A DNA stretch of 64,000 nt from Clostridia bacterium. GTDB taxonomy: Bacteria > Bacillota > Clostridia > Christensenellales > Aristaeellaceae. Below the pieces are notes generated by a model. The model was not told where the DNA came from, did no database searches, and saw nothing but the letters and a program-made list of their open reading frames with translations. The stretch is from positions 7,652 through 71,651 of the forward strand of contig JAFUBA010000007.1 of NCBI GenBank assembly GCA_017460395.1, in the 5' to 3' direction. Both the position numbers and the translations under genes were made by a program. Below, piece by piece: positions 21,926-31,319 of the stretch (within the stretch, counting starts at the first letter, position 1; every line of letters begins with the position of its first letter).

Positions 21926-22369
21926 ATGGCAAGCACCAAAGCAGTCAAGAAGAACGCCTTCGCGGTGATCCTGCTCATCAGCGGGATCCTCGCCCTGGCA
22001 GGGGTCATTGTGTACCTTGTGAACAATCAGACCGGCTACATGGCCAGCATTCACACGTCCCTCGCGCCCCTGGTGGTGATCCTGCCCCTGGTGGCAGTCA
22101 TCTGCGCCATCGTGCTGAATGCAAAGCCTGACCTTCTGAAGGGTCTGACCGGTTTTGGCACCCTCGTGCTCGCCATCGTGATGGCCGCCGCCACCGTCCT
22201 GTTTGTTCAGGCGAGGGTGGATGTCATCGGCGACATGCTCAACCCCGTCAACCATCCCGATGCCCAGGTGACAGCAGTGACCTGGTCCCTCGTGGGTATT
22301 GCACTCTACTGCCTCTCCTTCCTGGGTCTGGTCATCACCACCCTCAGCGACAAGCTGATCAAGGAATAA
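21926..22369 (+). CDS. Small polytopic membrane protein
   Basis: Four hydrophobic helices. The gene starts 2 nt after the GH3 stop. Confidence 0.5.
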   Translation: MASTKAVKKNAFAVILLISGILALAGVIVYLVNNQTGYMASIHTSLAPLVVILPLVAVICAIVLNAKPDLLKGLTGFGTLVLAIVMAAATVLFVQARVDVIGDMLNPVNHPDAQVTAVTWSLVGIALYCLSFLGLVITTLSDKLIKE

Positions 22370-22376
22370 GCAGTCA

Positions 22377-22409
22377 GGGGAGCCGGCATTTCGCCGGCTC
22401 CCCTTTTTT
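22377..22409 (+). terminator. Intrinsic terminator
   Basis: GGGGAGCCGGC / GCCGGCTCCCC 11-bp stem, 5-nt loop, T6 tract. Confidence 0.85.
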
Positions 22410-22532
22410 GCGCCGAATGGTTAAAGTTTGATAAAATCTCGCCTTTCCATGCACCTTTTTCCGAAAGGTGCGGTATCATGTACATGCGGCATAGCCGCAC
22501 GTACATCGCAGTTGCGAAAGAAGGGATCTTCC

Positions 22533-23204
22533 ATGAAAAAAACGGGCATCGTGGCCCTCGCCCTGGCCCTGTGCCTTTCCACTACCCAGATGGCGCTGGC
22601 CGAGGACGAAAGCGATGATTTTCTCACCTGGTTCCTCGGGGGCCTGAGCGAGGCTACGGAACATGTAGCATCTGGCCTTGACGCCCTCGGTGAGCAGATC
22701 TCCACCGGCTTTTCCGCCTTTGGGGATATGATCGGCACCTGGTCCTGTGAGGTGGACCGATACATTCAGGAGCACCGACAGGACGAATCCATCCAGGATG
22801 CGCTCCAGGCGCTGGAAAAGAGTGCAGGAGATGGCAGCGAGGAGGCACGGAAGGCAGCAGAGGAGGCCTATCAATCGCTGACTGCCTGGATGGCGGAGGC
22901 GGGCGAAACCCTGGACGGCACCTTCAAAACCGCCGTCGATTCCCTTGCTGCCTCGTGCGGGGTTGCCCGTGCGAAGTTCCAGGTGTTTCTTTCCGAGGTG
23001 GACGCATACCTCCAGGAGCACCGGGAGGAGATGACCGAGGCCGTGGAGAAGGCCTGGGATACCATCACGCGCACGTCCCAGGAGGCCGGTGAGGCCGCAA
23101 AACAGCATCTTGATGCCGCCTACGACACCGTCCGTGCCTGGCTTCAGGAGCAGGGTGCCGAGGAAGCTACCGAGGCGCTGGACGGGATGGAGCAGGCCAG
23201 GTAG
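22533..23204 (+). CDS. Secreted helical-repeat protein, function unknown
   Basis: Signal peptide MKKTGIVALALALCLSTTQMALA and two internally similar roughly 75-aa acidic helical units. RBS-less upstream extension rejected. Confidence 0.5.
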   Translation: MKKTGIVALALALCLSTTQMALAEDESDDFLTWFLGGLSEATEHVASGLDALGEQISTGFSAFGDMIGTWSCEVDRYIQEHRQDESIQDALQALEKSAGDGSEEARKAAEEAYQSLTAWMAEAGETLDGTFKTAVDSLAASCGVARAKFQVFLSEVDAYLQEHREEMTEAVEKAWDTITRTSQEAGEAAKQHLDAAYDTVRAWLQEQGAEEATEALDGMEQAR

Positions 23205-23238
23205 AGCGCAACCGGTTTGCGCATTCATGGGCATATGA

Positions 23239-23269
23239 GGCAGCCGTCTTTCGGGACGGCTGCCTTTTT
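23239..23269 (+). terminator. Intrinsic terminator
   Basis: GGCAGCCGTC / GACGGCTGCC stem, 6-nt loop, T5 tract. Confidence 0.8.
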
Positions 23270-23452
23270 CCTGTGCCGTCCGCGTCCCATGAGCAGCATT
23301 CCCTGTCTGTCTGCGACGTTTTCCCTTGTATTTGCGCCAAGGGCATTGAATCGCCTCATGCGCCTGTTTACAATCGATGCAGACAGCGGTCCGTATCCCA
23401 CGCGGCGGACTGCCACCCTGTAAACCCAGAGACGATTGAAAGGAGACACCTC

Positions 23453-24868
23453 ATGAAAAAGCTTTGGTCCCTGCTGCTCGTGGCAGCGCTTCTCCTGTCC
23501 CTGATGCCCCTTGCCCTTGCAGAGGATGGCGAAGTACAGCTGGATCCCGAGGATGCAGCCATCATCGAGCGCATCGAGGACGAAGGGCTCGTCAACCAGG
23601 CTGCCATGTTCAAGACGATCATCCCCGGCCCCCTGACCCTCAAGCAGTCCTACAACTTTGCCGCCTATGCCGGCTTCATCCTCCCCGATTTTGTGCGCGA
23701 ATGGTCCCTGGGCGGACCTGACCGGGCATACGTGTCGCTCCCAGACCTGATGACCTTCCAGGACGGCACCCCCGTGACCAGCGATCCCGAGTCCCTCGCT
23801 GCGCGCCGCCTCGAGATGCTGGACCTGCTCAAAGAGTATGTGTACGGCCCCGTTCCCACGGAAGGTTTCACCGAGGAGTGCACCGTGCTGGAAAACGGCA
23901 CCGCGCTGGACGGAAAAGCAAACCGCACCCAGGTGCAGATTTCCATCACCACAGACAAGGGCACCCTGCCTGTGAACCTTCTCCTCTACACCCCCGCAGC
24001 TTCTGAGAAGGCGCCCATCTTCCTGTGCCTGAGCGGTGGGAACTATACCGTGCTGGACGACCCGGCCATCCTGCCGGATGCGTCACAGGCAGCTGATGAC
24101 GCCTCCTGGGAAGAAGGCCGCGGCTCATCCGCCGCTGCCTATCAGGTGGCTGATGGCATCGACCGTGGCTACGGCTATGCCTTCATCTCCGTAAGCGATG
24201 TTGCCCCGGACAACCTGGAAGGCTATGCCACACGGCTCATCTCCCTCTTTGACGAGCCCGAGATGATGGCCCTCAGCGGCTGGGCCTTCGGTCTTTCCCG
24301 GGCCATCGACTACCTGGTGACTGACCCTGCTGTGGATGCTGACCACATCGCCGTCTATGGCCACTCCCGCTACGGAAAAGCTGCCCTGTGGACCGGTGCC
24401 AACGACGAGCGCGTTGCCGTCACCTTCTCTCACCAGTCCGGCGGCGGCGGAGCTGCCATGAACCGCGAGAACAACGCAGACAACATTCATTCCCTGACCA
24501 AGATGGAACCCTGGTGGTTCAACTCCGTCTATGCCAGCTATGCCGACCGGCCGGATGAACTGCCCATCGATGCGCACTTCACCATCGCCTGCGTGGCGCC
24601 CCGGGCCGTCTACATGAGCAACGGACTCTATGACATGTGGTCTGACCCTCAGGGCTCCCTCAACGCCCTGCTGCTGGCCCGTCCCATGTATGAGGCATAC
24701 GGTGCCGAGGTGATCCCCGCTGACTATGTGCTCGGCACAGCCGAGCCCGTGGCGGATCAGACCGTGTGGACCTCCGGCATGTCCATGCATGTGCTGCCCG
24801 AGTTCCATACCGCCAGCGCGGAGGACTGGACCCTTTTCTTCGGTTACAGAGACCAGGTCCAGAAATAA
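23453..24868 (+). CDS. Secreted alpha/beta hydrolase, CE15 glucuronoyl-esterase-like
   Basis: Signal peptide MKKLWSLLLVAALLLSLMPLALA. VYGHSRYGKAALW resembles the G-x-S-R-x-G nucleophile motif of CE15. RBS AAAGGAG upstream. Confidence 0.55.
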   Translation: MKKLWSLLLVAALLLSLMPLALAEDGEVQLDPEDAAIIERIEDEGLVNQAAMFKTIIPGPLTLKQSYNFAAYAGFILPDFVREWSLGGPDRAYVSLPDLMTFQDGTPVTSDPESLAARRLEMLDLLKEYVYGPVPTEGFTEECTVLENGTALDGKANRTQVQISITTDKGTLPVNLLLYTPAASEKAPIFLCLSGGNYTVLDDPAILPDASQAADDASWEEGRGSSAAAYQVADGIDRGYGYAFISVSDVAPDNLEGYATRLISLFDEPEMMALSGWAFGLSRAIDYLVTDPAVDADHIAVYGHSRYGKAALWTGANDERVAVTFSHQSGGGGAAMNRENNADNIHSLTKMEPWWFNSVYASYADRPDELPIDAHFTIACVAPRAVYMSNGLYDMWSDPQGSLNALLLARPMYEAYGAEVIPADYVLGTAEPVADQTVWTSGMSMHVLPEFHTASAEDWTLFFGYRDQVQK

Positions 24869-24897
24869 GACTGAATGAAAACCAAGTCAATGCAACG

Positions 24898-24928
24898 AAA
24901 AAGTCAGGCTGAAACGCCTGACTTTTTC
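24898..24928. terminator. Bidirectional intrinsic terminator
   Basis: AGTCAGGC / GCCTGACT stem flanked by an A-tract and a T-tract, between convergent genes. Confidence 0.75.
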
Positions 24929-24939
24929 TCGTGCCGGTA

Positions 24940-25821
24940 TCAGTGGAAGCCCCTGAAATAGGCACATTCCTCCCGGTTGCACCTTCCTGCCGCCTCCAGA
25001 CGGATGTTGCAGTGGAACACGTGCCCCAGGACCTCCTCCGGCCCGCCGTAGTATTTTTCCTCCACCTCGGTCCCGACAGCCCGGAGCGCCTCCGCCATGG
25101 GGTGCGCCTGGGGTGCAAGGAAGTCCCCCTCGCAGGTCATGACGAGCGCAGGCGGAAAGCCCGTCTTCAGGTGAAGGATCGGGCTCACCAGCTTGAGCTC
25201 TTCCTCCGTACCCCTTTGCGGGAGCAGATCCCGCGAAATTCCGCCCAGGAAATCAAACTTTCCCTTCGGTTTTTCCATCCGGTAGACGCCGCAGTTGAGC
25301 GCCACAGCCCTCGGCAGAAGATCCGGATCGAATGCGACCCCGAGCCTCTTTGCATAATCCCTGTCTGTGCACGCACAGCACAGAAGACTCAGCAGATGGG
25401 CCCCGGCGCTGTCGCCGACGGCAAACACCCGGTGTTCATCAAAGCCGTATTCCCCGGCATGTTCCTTTACCCAGCGAAACGCTTCCACCGTATCCTCCAG
25501 CTGCGCGGGAAACCTGAAGTCAGGCGCCAGGCGGTAGGTGAAGTTCACCACACAGAATCCCTCCCGGGCCAGGCTCATGCAGTAGTACTGGTACACGTCC
25601 TTGTCCCCATAGACCCATGCACCTCCGTGGACGGAGACGATGACCGGAAGCTTTCCCGCATGTTTCTTCGGACGATAGACGTCCAGCAGGTGCCACGCGG
25701 AGTCATCCCCGTAGGCGAGCGAGTCGAACCGCTCGACATCCTCCGGCGTGACAAGTCCTCTGTCCCGCTTCCTGTCGCCCCGCCCGAAGACCGTTCTCAC
25801 AAGCCATGCACTGACGGACAT
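24940..25821 (-). CDS. Family-IV (HSL-type) esterase/lipase
   Basis: HGG motif VSVHGGAWVYG and GDSAG motif FAVGDSAGAHL. Start set at MSVSAW (25821). The upstream part of the ORF-track call overlaps the GNAT gene and is Arg/Gly junk. Confidence 0.8.
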   Translation of the reverse strand: MSVSAWLVRTVFGRGDRKRDRGLVTPEDVERFDSLAYGDDSAWHLLDVYRPKKHAGKLPVIVSVHGGAWVYGDKDVYQYYCMSLAREGFCVVNFTYRLAPDFRFPAQLEDTVEAFRWVKEHAGEYGFDEHRVFAVGDSAGAHLLSLLCCACTDRDYAKRLGVAFDPDLLPRAVALNCGVYRMEKPKGKFDFLGGISRDLLPQRGTEEELKLVSPILHLKTGFPPALVMTCEGDFLAPQAHPMAEALRAVGTEVEEKYYGGPEEVLGHVFHCNIRLEAAGRCNREECAYFRGFH

Positions 25822-26318
25822 CTCTGTATCTCCCCTCTCCCTGTCCTGATCATCCGTATATGCCGTATGCCATCCAGGAGAAACTCTTCCCCCACGGCCC
25901 CAAAGCCCTGCTTTTCGTAGAAGCCCCTCGCATACACCTGGGCCTCGAGATAGATGCTGTCTGCCCCGAGCCGCTCCTCGGCGACACGGACGGCCTCCCG
26001 GAGAACCCGCTCCCCGTCGCCCAGCCCTCTTGCACGGCTCACCACGCGCCCGATGGACACACATTCGCTCTCCACGCCGGGTTTCATCACCCGGGCACAG
26101 GCCACGACCTGCCCATGCCGCGAGAGCCATACGTGGATCGCATCCAGGTCCAGACCGTCCACCTCCTGGTAGGCACACTGCTGCTCCACCACGAACACAG
26201 CCACGCGAAGTTCAAGAAGATCATACACCTCGCGCGCAGTCATCTCCGAAAAGTGCTTCACGTGCACAGTGGCATCGTCTGGCTGCTCCCCGAAAAGCTT
26301 CTCACTCGCTTGTGCCAT
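25797..26318 (-). CDS. GNAT acetyltransferase, ElaA-like
   Basis: VFVVEQQCAYQEVDGLD, IGRVVSRARGLGDG and GFYEKQGF fit the ElaA-type GNAT pattern. The 3' end overlaps the esterase start by 25 nt. Confidence 0.7.
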   Translation of the reverse strand: MAQASEKLFGEQPDDATVHVKHFSEMTAREVYDLLELRVAVFVVEQQCAYQEVDGLDLDAIHVWLSRHGQVVACARVMKPGVESECVSIGRVVSRARGLGDGERVLREAVRVAEERLGADSIYLEAQVYARGFYEKQGFGAVGEEFLLDGIRHIRMIRTGRGEIQRCPSVHGL

Positions 26319-26566
26319 ATGCGCTCTGACTCCCTTATCTGTCCGAGTCCCAGCACTCCTGCTGCAGACTCCCGTCACGGTAGGTTTTCTCGTATTCCCC
26401 GTCTCTGTCCTGCGCGTCCGGCACACTGTCTGTGTACTCCATTTCCTTCCTGGTCTTCTCCGGATCCATCTTCCCGCTGCCTCCCTCAGGTTCTCTTTTC
26501 CCGCCAAGTATAGCACAGCTGAAAACCCTCTGCACGGTGTGTCCCGAAAAAAATCCCTGGACCCCC

Positions 26567-26608
26567 TTGACAGGCACGGTGACTCGGTGTACTATCTAAC
26601 TAGTGCAC
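26567..26608 (+). promoter_or_regulatory. Sigma-A type promoter with an overlapping imperfect palindrome (candidate GntR operator)
   Basis: TTGACA (26567-26572), 17-nt spacer, TACTAT (26590-26595). The imperfect palindrome GTGTACTATCTAACTAGTGCAC (26587-26608; 8 of 11 pairs) overlaps the -10 element. Confidence 0.6.
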
Positions 26609-26634
26609 TACTTCACTCGGAAGGAGAACTTTGC

Positions 26635-27000
26635 ATGCAGTACGATGCGAACGCTCCGATCTGGCTTCAGGTGATGTCCTCCCTGGAGCTGGACATGGTC
26701 ACAGGGAAGCGGCCGCCGGGAGAAAAACTCCCGGGCGGGCGGGACCTGGCCGTGCAGTACGGGATCAACCCGAACACCGCCTCCAGGGTCTACCAGGAAC
26801 TGGAGCGGAAGGGACTTTGTGAAACCAGGCGGGGGCTTGGCACGTTTGTGACAACAGACGGGGCACGCCTGGAGGGATTGAGACGGGAGATGGCACAGCG
26901 CGCCGTCTCGCAGTTTCTCAGCAGCATGGATCATCTTGGCATCTCCCGGACGGAGGCGGCAAGGATGATCCTGGAGGAGGAAAAGATATGTCAGACGTAA
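26635..27000 (+). CDS. GntR-family regulator, YtrA subfamily
   Basis: LPGGRDLAVQYGINPNTASRVYQELERKGL winged HTH, a short 121-aa protein, followed by ABC genes. Confidence 0.8.
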   Translation: MQYDANAPIWLQVMSSLELDMVTGKRPPGEKLPGGRDLAVQYGINPNTASRVYQELERKGLCETRRGLGTFVTTDGARLEGLRREMAQRAVSQFLSSMDHLGISRTEAARMILEEEKICQT

Positions 27001-27731
27001 CAGGCAAAGCAGAAAAGAACACGGTCCCGGGCACTCTCGAGAGCCGGGACATCACCAAGACCTTTGGCGGAAAGGCGGCAGTGGACCGCGTGACGCTCTC
27101 CCTGGAAAAAGGGCATGTGTATGCCATGCTCGGTCCCAACGGGTCCGGCAAGACCACCTGGATGAAGATGGCAGCGGGGCTCATCAAGCCGACCTCCGGT
27201 CTCATCCTGTTTGAGAGCCAGCCGGTCAGCATCGAGAGCCGGAAGAAGGTGGCATATATGTCCACCGAGCCCTACTTCTACAGCTGGATGAGCGTCAGCG
27301 ACGTGGGGCTCTACTACCAGGACTTTTTCGAGGATTTTTCCTATGACCGATACACAGTTCTCCTGAAAAAGATGGAGCTTGAGGAGACCATGAAGACCAC
27401 ATCCCTTTCCTCCGGCATGATGGCCAAGCTCAAGATTGCCGTCACCATGGCAAGAGATGCCGCGGTCTACATGCTGGATGAGCCCTTCAACGGGATCGAT
27501 CTGTTGGCCAGAGACGAGATCCGCACCGCCATCCTGGAGTATGCAACCCCGGACAAACTCCTGCTCCTCTCCAGCCATCTGGTGGAGGAGATGGAGGCCA
27601 TCGCGGACCGCGCCGTCTTCCTGCACCACGGCAGACTTGTGGAGAGTGTCTCGCTCGAGGAGATGCGGGAGGAGCGGGGGCTTTCCATGGCGGACCGTTA
27701 CCGCCAGATCTACGGACACGGGGAGGAATGA
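26988..27731 (+). CDS. ABC transporter ATP-binding protein
   Basis: Walker A GPNGSGKTT, signature LSSGMMAKL, Walker B VYMLDEP. Overlaps the GntR stop. Confidence 0.85.
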   Translation: MSDVTGKAEKNTVPGTLESRDITKTFGGKAAVDRVTLSLEKGHVYAMLGPNGSGKTTWMKMAAGLIKPTSGLILFESQPVSIESRKKVAYMSTEPYFYSWMSVSDVGLYYQDFFEDFSYDRYTVLLKKMELEETMKTTSLSSGMMAKLKIAVTMARDAAVYMLDEPFNGIDLLARDEIRTAILEYATPDKLLLLSSHLVEEMEAIADRAVFLHHGRLVESVSLEEMREERGLSMADRYRQIYGHGEE

Positions 27732-27734
27732 AAC

Positions 27735-28496
27735 ATGAAACACGGCATGAGCAAACTTTTGAAATACGAATTCAGGAAGACCCAGGCTTCCAAGCTCATT
27801 CTGCTCGGCCTCACGGCCGTGGCCCAGCTGGTCTTCCTTGGAGGCCTGTTTTTCAGACGCGAGAACGCCATGGTCACGGGTGCCCTCGTGCTCTCGTTCC
27901 TTGGCGTAGGCGGAATCCTCTTTATCGGCCTTCAGAGCGTCCTGACGCTGCACCGGGACATGAACACCAAGCAGAGCTACATGCTGTTCATGACGCCCAA
28001 CAGCTGCTACAGAATTCTCGGGGCGAAGGTGCTGGAAAACGGGCTTTCTATCCTGCTGGTCGGTGTGTTTTTCTTCGCCCTGGGCTTGCTGGACATCACC
28101 CTCCTCCTGAGCAGCTACGGGGAGCTAAGCCAGCTCTGGACCTTCCTCACGGACCTGCTGCACCAGCTCAACGAGGACATTCAGCTCAATGCCCAGAACT
28201 TCGCTGCCATGATGTTCGGGCTGATCGGCAGCTGGTTTGCCACCGTCATGATGGCCTACCTTGCGGACGTGGTCTCCTCTGCCCTGCTCGGCGGCAGAAA
28301 ATACAACGGTCTTCTGAGCTTTGCCCTCTTCCTCGCTCTGTCCATCCTGCTCGGCTTCCTTCAGAATCTTCTGCCGGGCATGAGCCCCGAGCGGATCATC
28401 CTCTACTTCATGCTGCGCGCCATCACATCCATCGCCTTTTCCGTGCTCATCTACTTTATCTCTGCTAAGATCATGGAGCGCTACCTCAGCGTCTGA
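27735..28496 (+). CDS. ABC-2-like membrane protein
   Basis: Six hydrophobic helices. Its position after the ATPase matches a YtrA-type operon. Confidence 0.6.
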   Translation: MKHGMSKLLKYEFRKTQASKLILLGLTAVAQLVFLGGLFFRRENAMVTGALVLSFLGVGGILFIGLQSVLTLHRDMNTKQSYMLFMTPNSCYRILGAKVLENGLSILLVGVFFFALGLLDITLLLSSYGELSQLWTFLTDLLHQLNEDIQLNAQNFAAMMFGLIGSWFATVMMAYLADVVSSALLGGRKYNGLLSFALFLALSILLGFLQNLLPGMSPERIILYFMLRAITSIAFSVLIYFISAKIMERYLSV

Positions 28497-28535
28497 AAAG
28501 TCGGCGTCCGAAAGAGACGGACGCCGACTTTTCTT
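28496..28535. terminator. Bidirectional intrinsic terminator
   Basis: 15-bp stem (28496-28510 pairs with 28518-28532), 7-nt loop, A-tract and T-tract on either side. Confidence 0.85.
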
Positions 28536-28549
28536 TCAAAAAATGTTCA

Positions 28550-30133
28550 TCAGATATTCAGCAGGTCGCTGTAGGCCTTCAGGGCGCCGTCCGTGTCATG
28601 GGCCAGCACACGCTTTGCCAGGACCTTCCCCAGCTGCACACCTTCCTGGTCGAAGCTGTTCACGTTCCACACAAAGCCCTGGAACATGACCTTATTCTCA
28701 AAGTGCGCCAGCAGCGCGCCGAGAGCTTCGGGCGTCAGACGATCGCCCACGATGATGCTGGAGGGGCGCTCGCCGGCAAAGGACTTGTTGGGATCCTCGT
28801 CATCCTTGCCGCAGGCAAAGGCCATGATCTGAGCCGCTACGTTGGCGCAGAGCTTCTGCTGGCTGGTGGTGCCCTGAATGTCCACGTCCGTGCCGGTCTG
28901 GTTCTGCCGGAAGCCCACAAACTGCAGGGGCACGATGTCCGTTCCCTGGTGCAGCAGCTGATAGAAGGAATGCTGGCCGTTGGTGCCGGGTTCGCCGAAG
29001 ATGACGGGGCCGGTGGGATAGGACACCTTCTCGCCGAAACGGTTCACCGACTTGCCGTTGGACTCCATGTCCAGCTGCTGCAGGTGGGCCGGGAAACGGG
29101 AGAGTGCCTGGGAGTAGGGAAGAATGGCTGTGGCAGGAAAGCCCAGGACATTGCGCTCATACACACCAATGAGGGCATCCAGCATCGCAGGATTCTTTGT
29201 AAGATCTGCATTCTTTGCCAGCGCATCCTCCTCGCATGCACCCTTCAGGAAGCGCTCAAACACCTCCGGCCCGAAAGCCAGGGACAGGACCGCGCCGCCC
29301 ACGCAGGAGGTGGAGGAATAACGGCCGCCGATATAGTCGTCCATGAAGAAGGCGGCGAGATAATCGCTGCTCTTGGCAAGGGGTGAGGTCTCGCTGGTGA
29401 CGGCCACCATGTGCTTTGCCGGATCCAGGCCCTTTTCCTGCAGGGCATTTTTCACAAACGCCTCATTGGTCAGGGTTTCCAGGGTTGTACCAGACTTGGA
29501 GACCAGAACGAACAGTGCCTTTGACACATCCGTGCTCTTCGGGACGCTGGCCGCATCATCCGGGTCCACATTGGAGATGAACTTCGCCTCCATGTGAAAG
29601 GTACCTTCCTGCCTGGCCCAGTTTTCCAGCGCCAGGTACATGGCCCGGGGCCCCAGGTCGCTGCCACCGATGCCGATCTGCACAACCGTCTCAAACTTTT
29701 CCCCCCTGGCGTTGGTGATCTCACCTGCGTGGACCTTCCGCGCAAAGTCGGCCACCTTCTGCTGCTCATGCACGTAGAAGTCTCGTTTGTTCACTCCATC
29801 TGCCATGACCGCCCCTGCCTGCTGGCCGCGGGTCAGCTGATGGAGCACCAGGCGCTTTTCCCCGGTATTGATGACCTCGCCTCCGAGGAGTGCCTCATAC
29901 TTTTCCGTCAGCTGCGCTTCCTCTGCAAGCGCCGAGAGCGCGCTCAGCACCTGCTCGTCGACGGCCTTTGCCGCGTAGTTGTAATTCAGGCCGCCGCCCA
30001 TGGGCACGGAGTATGCCGCGACCCTTTCAGCACCCTTTTCATCTGCCAGCACATCTTTCAGGCTGACGGTATGGTTCAGGTTCTTCAGTGTCCTGAAGCT
30101 GTCCAGTGTATCCAGGTTCTTCCATGAAATCAT
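28550..30133 (-). CDS. pgi: Glucose-6-phosphate isomerase
   Basis: IGIGGSDLGPRAMY and overall PGI-like sequence. Start set at MISWKNLD. Confidence 0.85.
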   Translation of the reverse strand: MISWKNLDTLDSFRTLKNLNHTVSLKDVLADEKGAERVAAYSVPMGGGLNYNYAAKAVDEQVLSALSALAEEAQLTEKYEALLGGEVINTGEKRLVLHQLTRGQQAGAVMADGVNKRDFYVHEQQKVADFARKVHAGEITNARGEKFETVVQIGIGGSDLGPRAMYLALENWARQEGTFHMEAKFISNVDPDDAASVPKSTDVSKALFVLVSKSGTTLETLTNEAFVKNALQEKGLDPAKHMVAVTSETSPLAKSSDYLAAFFMDDYIGGRYSSTSCVGGAVLSLAFGPEVFERFLKGACEEDALAKNADLTKNPAMLDALIGVYERNVLGFPATAILPYSQALSRFPAHLQQLDMESNGKSVNRFGEKVSYPTGPVIFGEPGTNGQHSFYQLLHQGTDIVPLQFVGFRQNQTGTDVDIQGTTSQQKLCANVAAQIMAFACGKDDEDPNKSFAGERPSSIIVGDRLTPEALGALLAHFENKVMFQGFVWNVNSFDQEGVQLGKVLAKRVLAHDTDGALKAYSDLLNI

Positions 30134-30170
30134 CGCAGATCTTCCCTTTCTTATATTGAAATTCTTTTGA

Positions 30171-31319
30171 TCACCGTGATGTATGACTGAGGCTTTCCAG
30201 AAAACCACGCCTGACTTCCTCGTTGGGAAACCCGAGCGTGTATCTTCTTCGCCTGTGGTCATAGTCTGTGATTGTCAGATATCCCGTCTGATAAAGCAGC
30301 GATACAGGATCCAGGAAATCGTCTGTATAGTTCTTCAGCACCGATTCGCCTGCAAACATCGTCTGATCCATAAAGATACGCACATCAAACTGCGCTTTTC
30401 GCACGATTTCAGCCACGAATGCCGGTGTTCCGGTTTTAAGCCAGTAAGATCCGAAGTCCTTATTCAGGAGGGCTCCCATGAAACTATATGGATTGTAGAC
30501 CCCCTCGCTGTCCGGATGAAAATGATATCCACCATACTGCTTTCTGAGCGCGCAGCGGCATTCCTGGACAGTCATATGTAATTCATCTGCAACGGCTGTA
30601 ACCTGATCAGCCAGATATTCGTCTATCTCTTTTTCAGTCATGCCGCAGATCTCTGCATACTGTCTCGTCATGGAAATATCCCGAAGCTGGTTCAGACCGC
30701 TGAAGATACTGGCATGATGAATTTTTGACACTCCCGTGATGAAGACAAACTGAATATACTCGTCAAAGCTCTTCAGCGTGCTGAAAAATCCCTGAAAGAC
30801 TTCTTTATTGTGCTTATAGAGATCCGGCTGATTCACAGCATCCATCAGCGGCTTGTCATAATCGTCCACAAGAATCACCGAACGAAGCCCCGTGAGCTTT
30901 CGTGATGCAATCAGGAGATTCTGAAAGCGCTCACCAAAGTGTACTCCCGCGCTTTCACAATGATACTGTGCCTCCCACCTTCTTAATTGCGTATGGAGAG
31001 AATCTTCCAGTGCGTTTCCATTCCGGTCATTTACTCCATGAAAATCGAAACAGAACACAGGATACGATTTCCATGCTTCCGGATGATCTTTCTCCAGTCT
31101 TTCGATCGCCAGCCCCTCAAAAAGTTCTCTCTTTCCCTCCCAGTAAGCCTTCAGGGTTGACAGGAGGAGACTCTTCCCAAATCTTCCTGGCCTGCTTAAA
31201 TAATACGGAACATTTTCATGCACCAGTTGGTATACGTATTCCGTTTTATCCACATACAGGAATCCATCTGTCCTCAGCTTTTCAAACTCCTGAATCCCTA
31301 TGGGCAGTTTTTTCCCCAT
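30171..31319 (-). CDS. AAA-ATPase_like family protein, C-terminally truncated (lacks the PD-(D/E)XK domain)
   Basis: PIGIQEFEKLRTDGFLYVDKTEYVY and RPGRFGKSLLLSTL. Collinear with the paralog at 47618-49318 up to LGFPNEEVRRGFLESL, then stops about 170 aa early. AGGAGG lies 11 nt upstream of the ATG at 31319. Confidence 0.7.
   Translation of the reverse strand: MGKKLPIGIQEFEKLRTDGFLYVDKTEYVYQLVHENVPYYLSRPGRFGKSLLLSTLKAYWEGKRELFEGLAIERLEKDHPEAWKSYPVFCFDFHGVNDRNGNALEDSLHTQLRRWEAQYHCESAGVHFGERFQNLLIASRKLTGLRSVILVDDYDKPLMDAVNQPDLYKHNKEVFQGFFSTLKSFDEYIQFVFITGVSKIHHASIFSGLNQLRDISMTRQYAEICGMTEKEIDEYLADQVTAVADELHMTVQECRCALRKQYGGYHFHPDSEGVYNPYSFMGALLNKDFGSYWLKTGTPAFVAEIVRKAQFDVRIFMDQTMFAGESVLKNYTDDFLDPVSLLYQTGYLTITDYDHRRRRYTLGFPNEEVRRGFLESLSHTSR

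Noticed and set aside
18877-22026. 1049-aa ORF antisense to the GH3 gene
   Set aside because: The translation is low-complexity and rich in G, A, V and H, with no recognisable motifs. The opposite strand encodes a protein with multiple GH3 signatures. This is a typical GC-driven open antisense frame.
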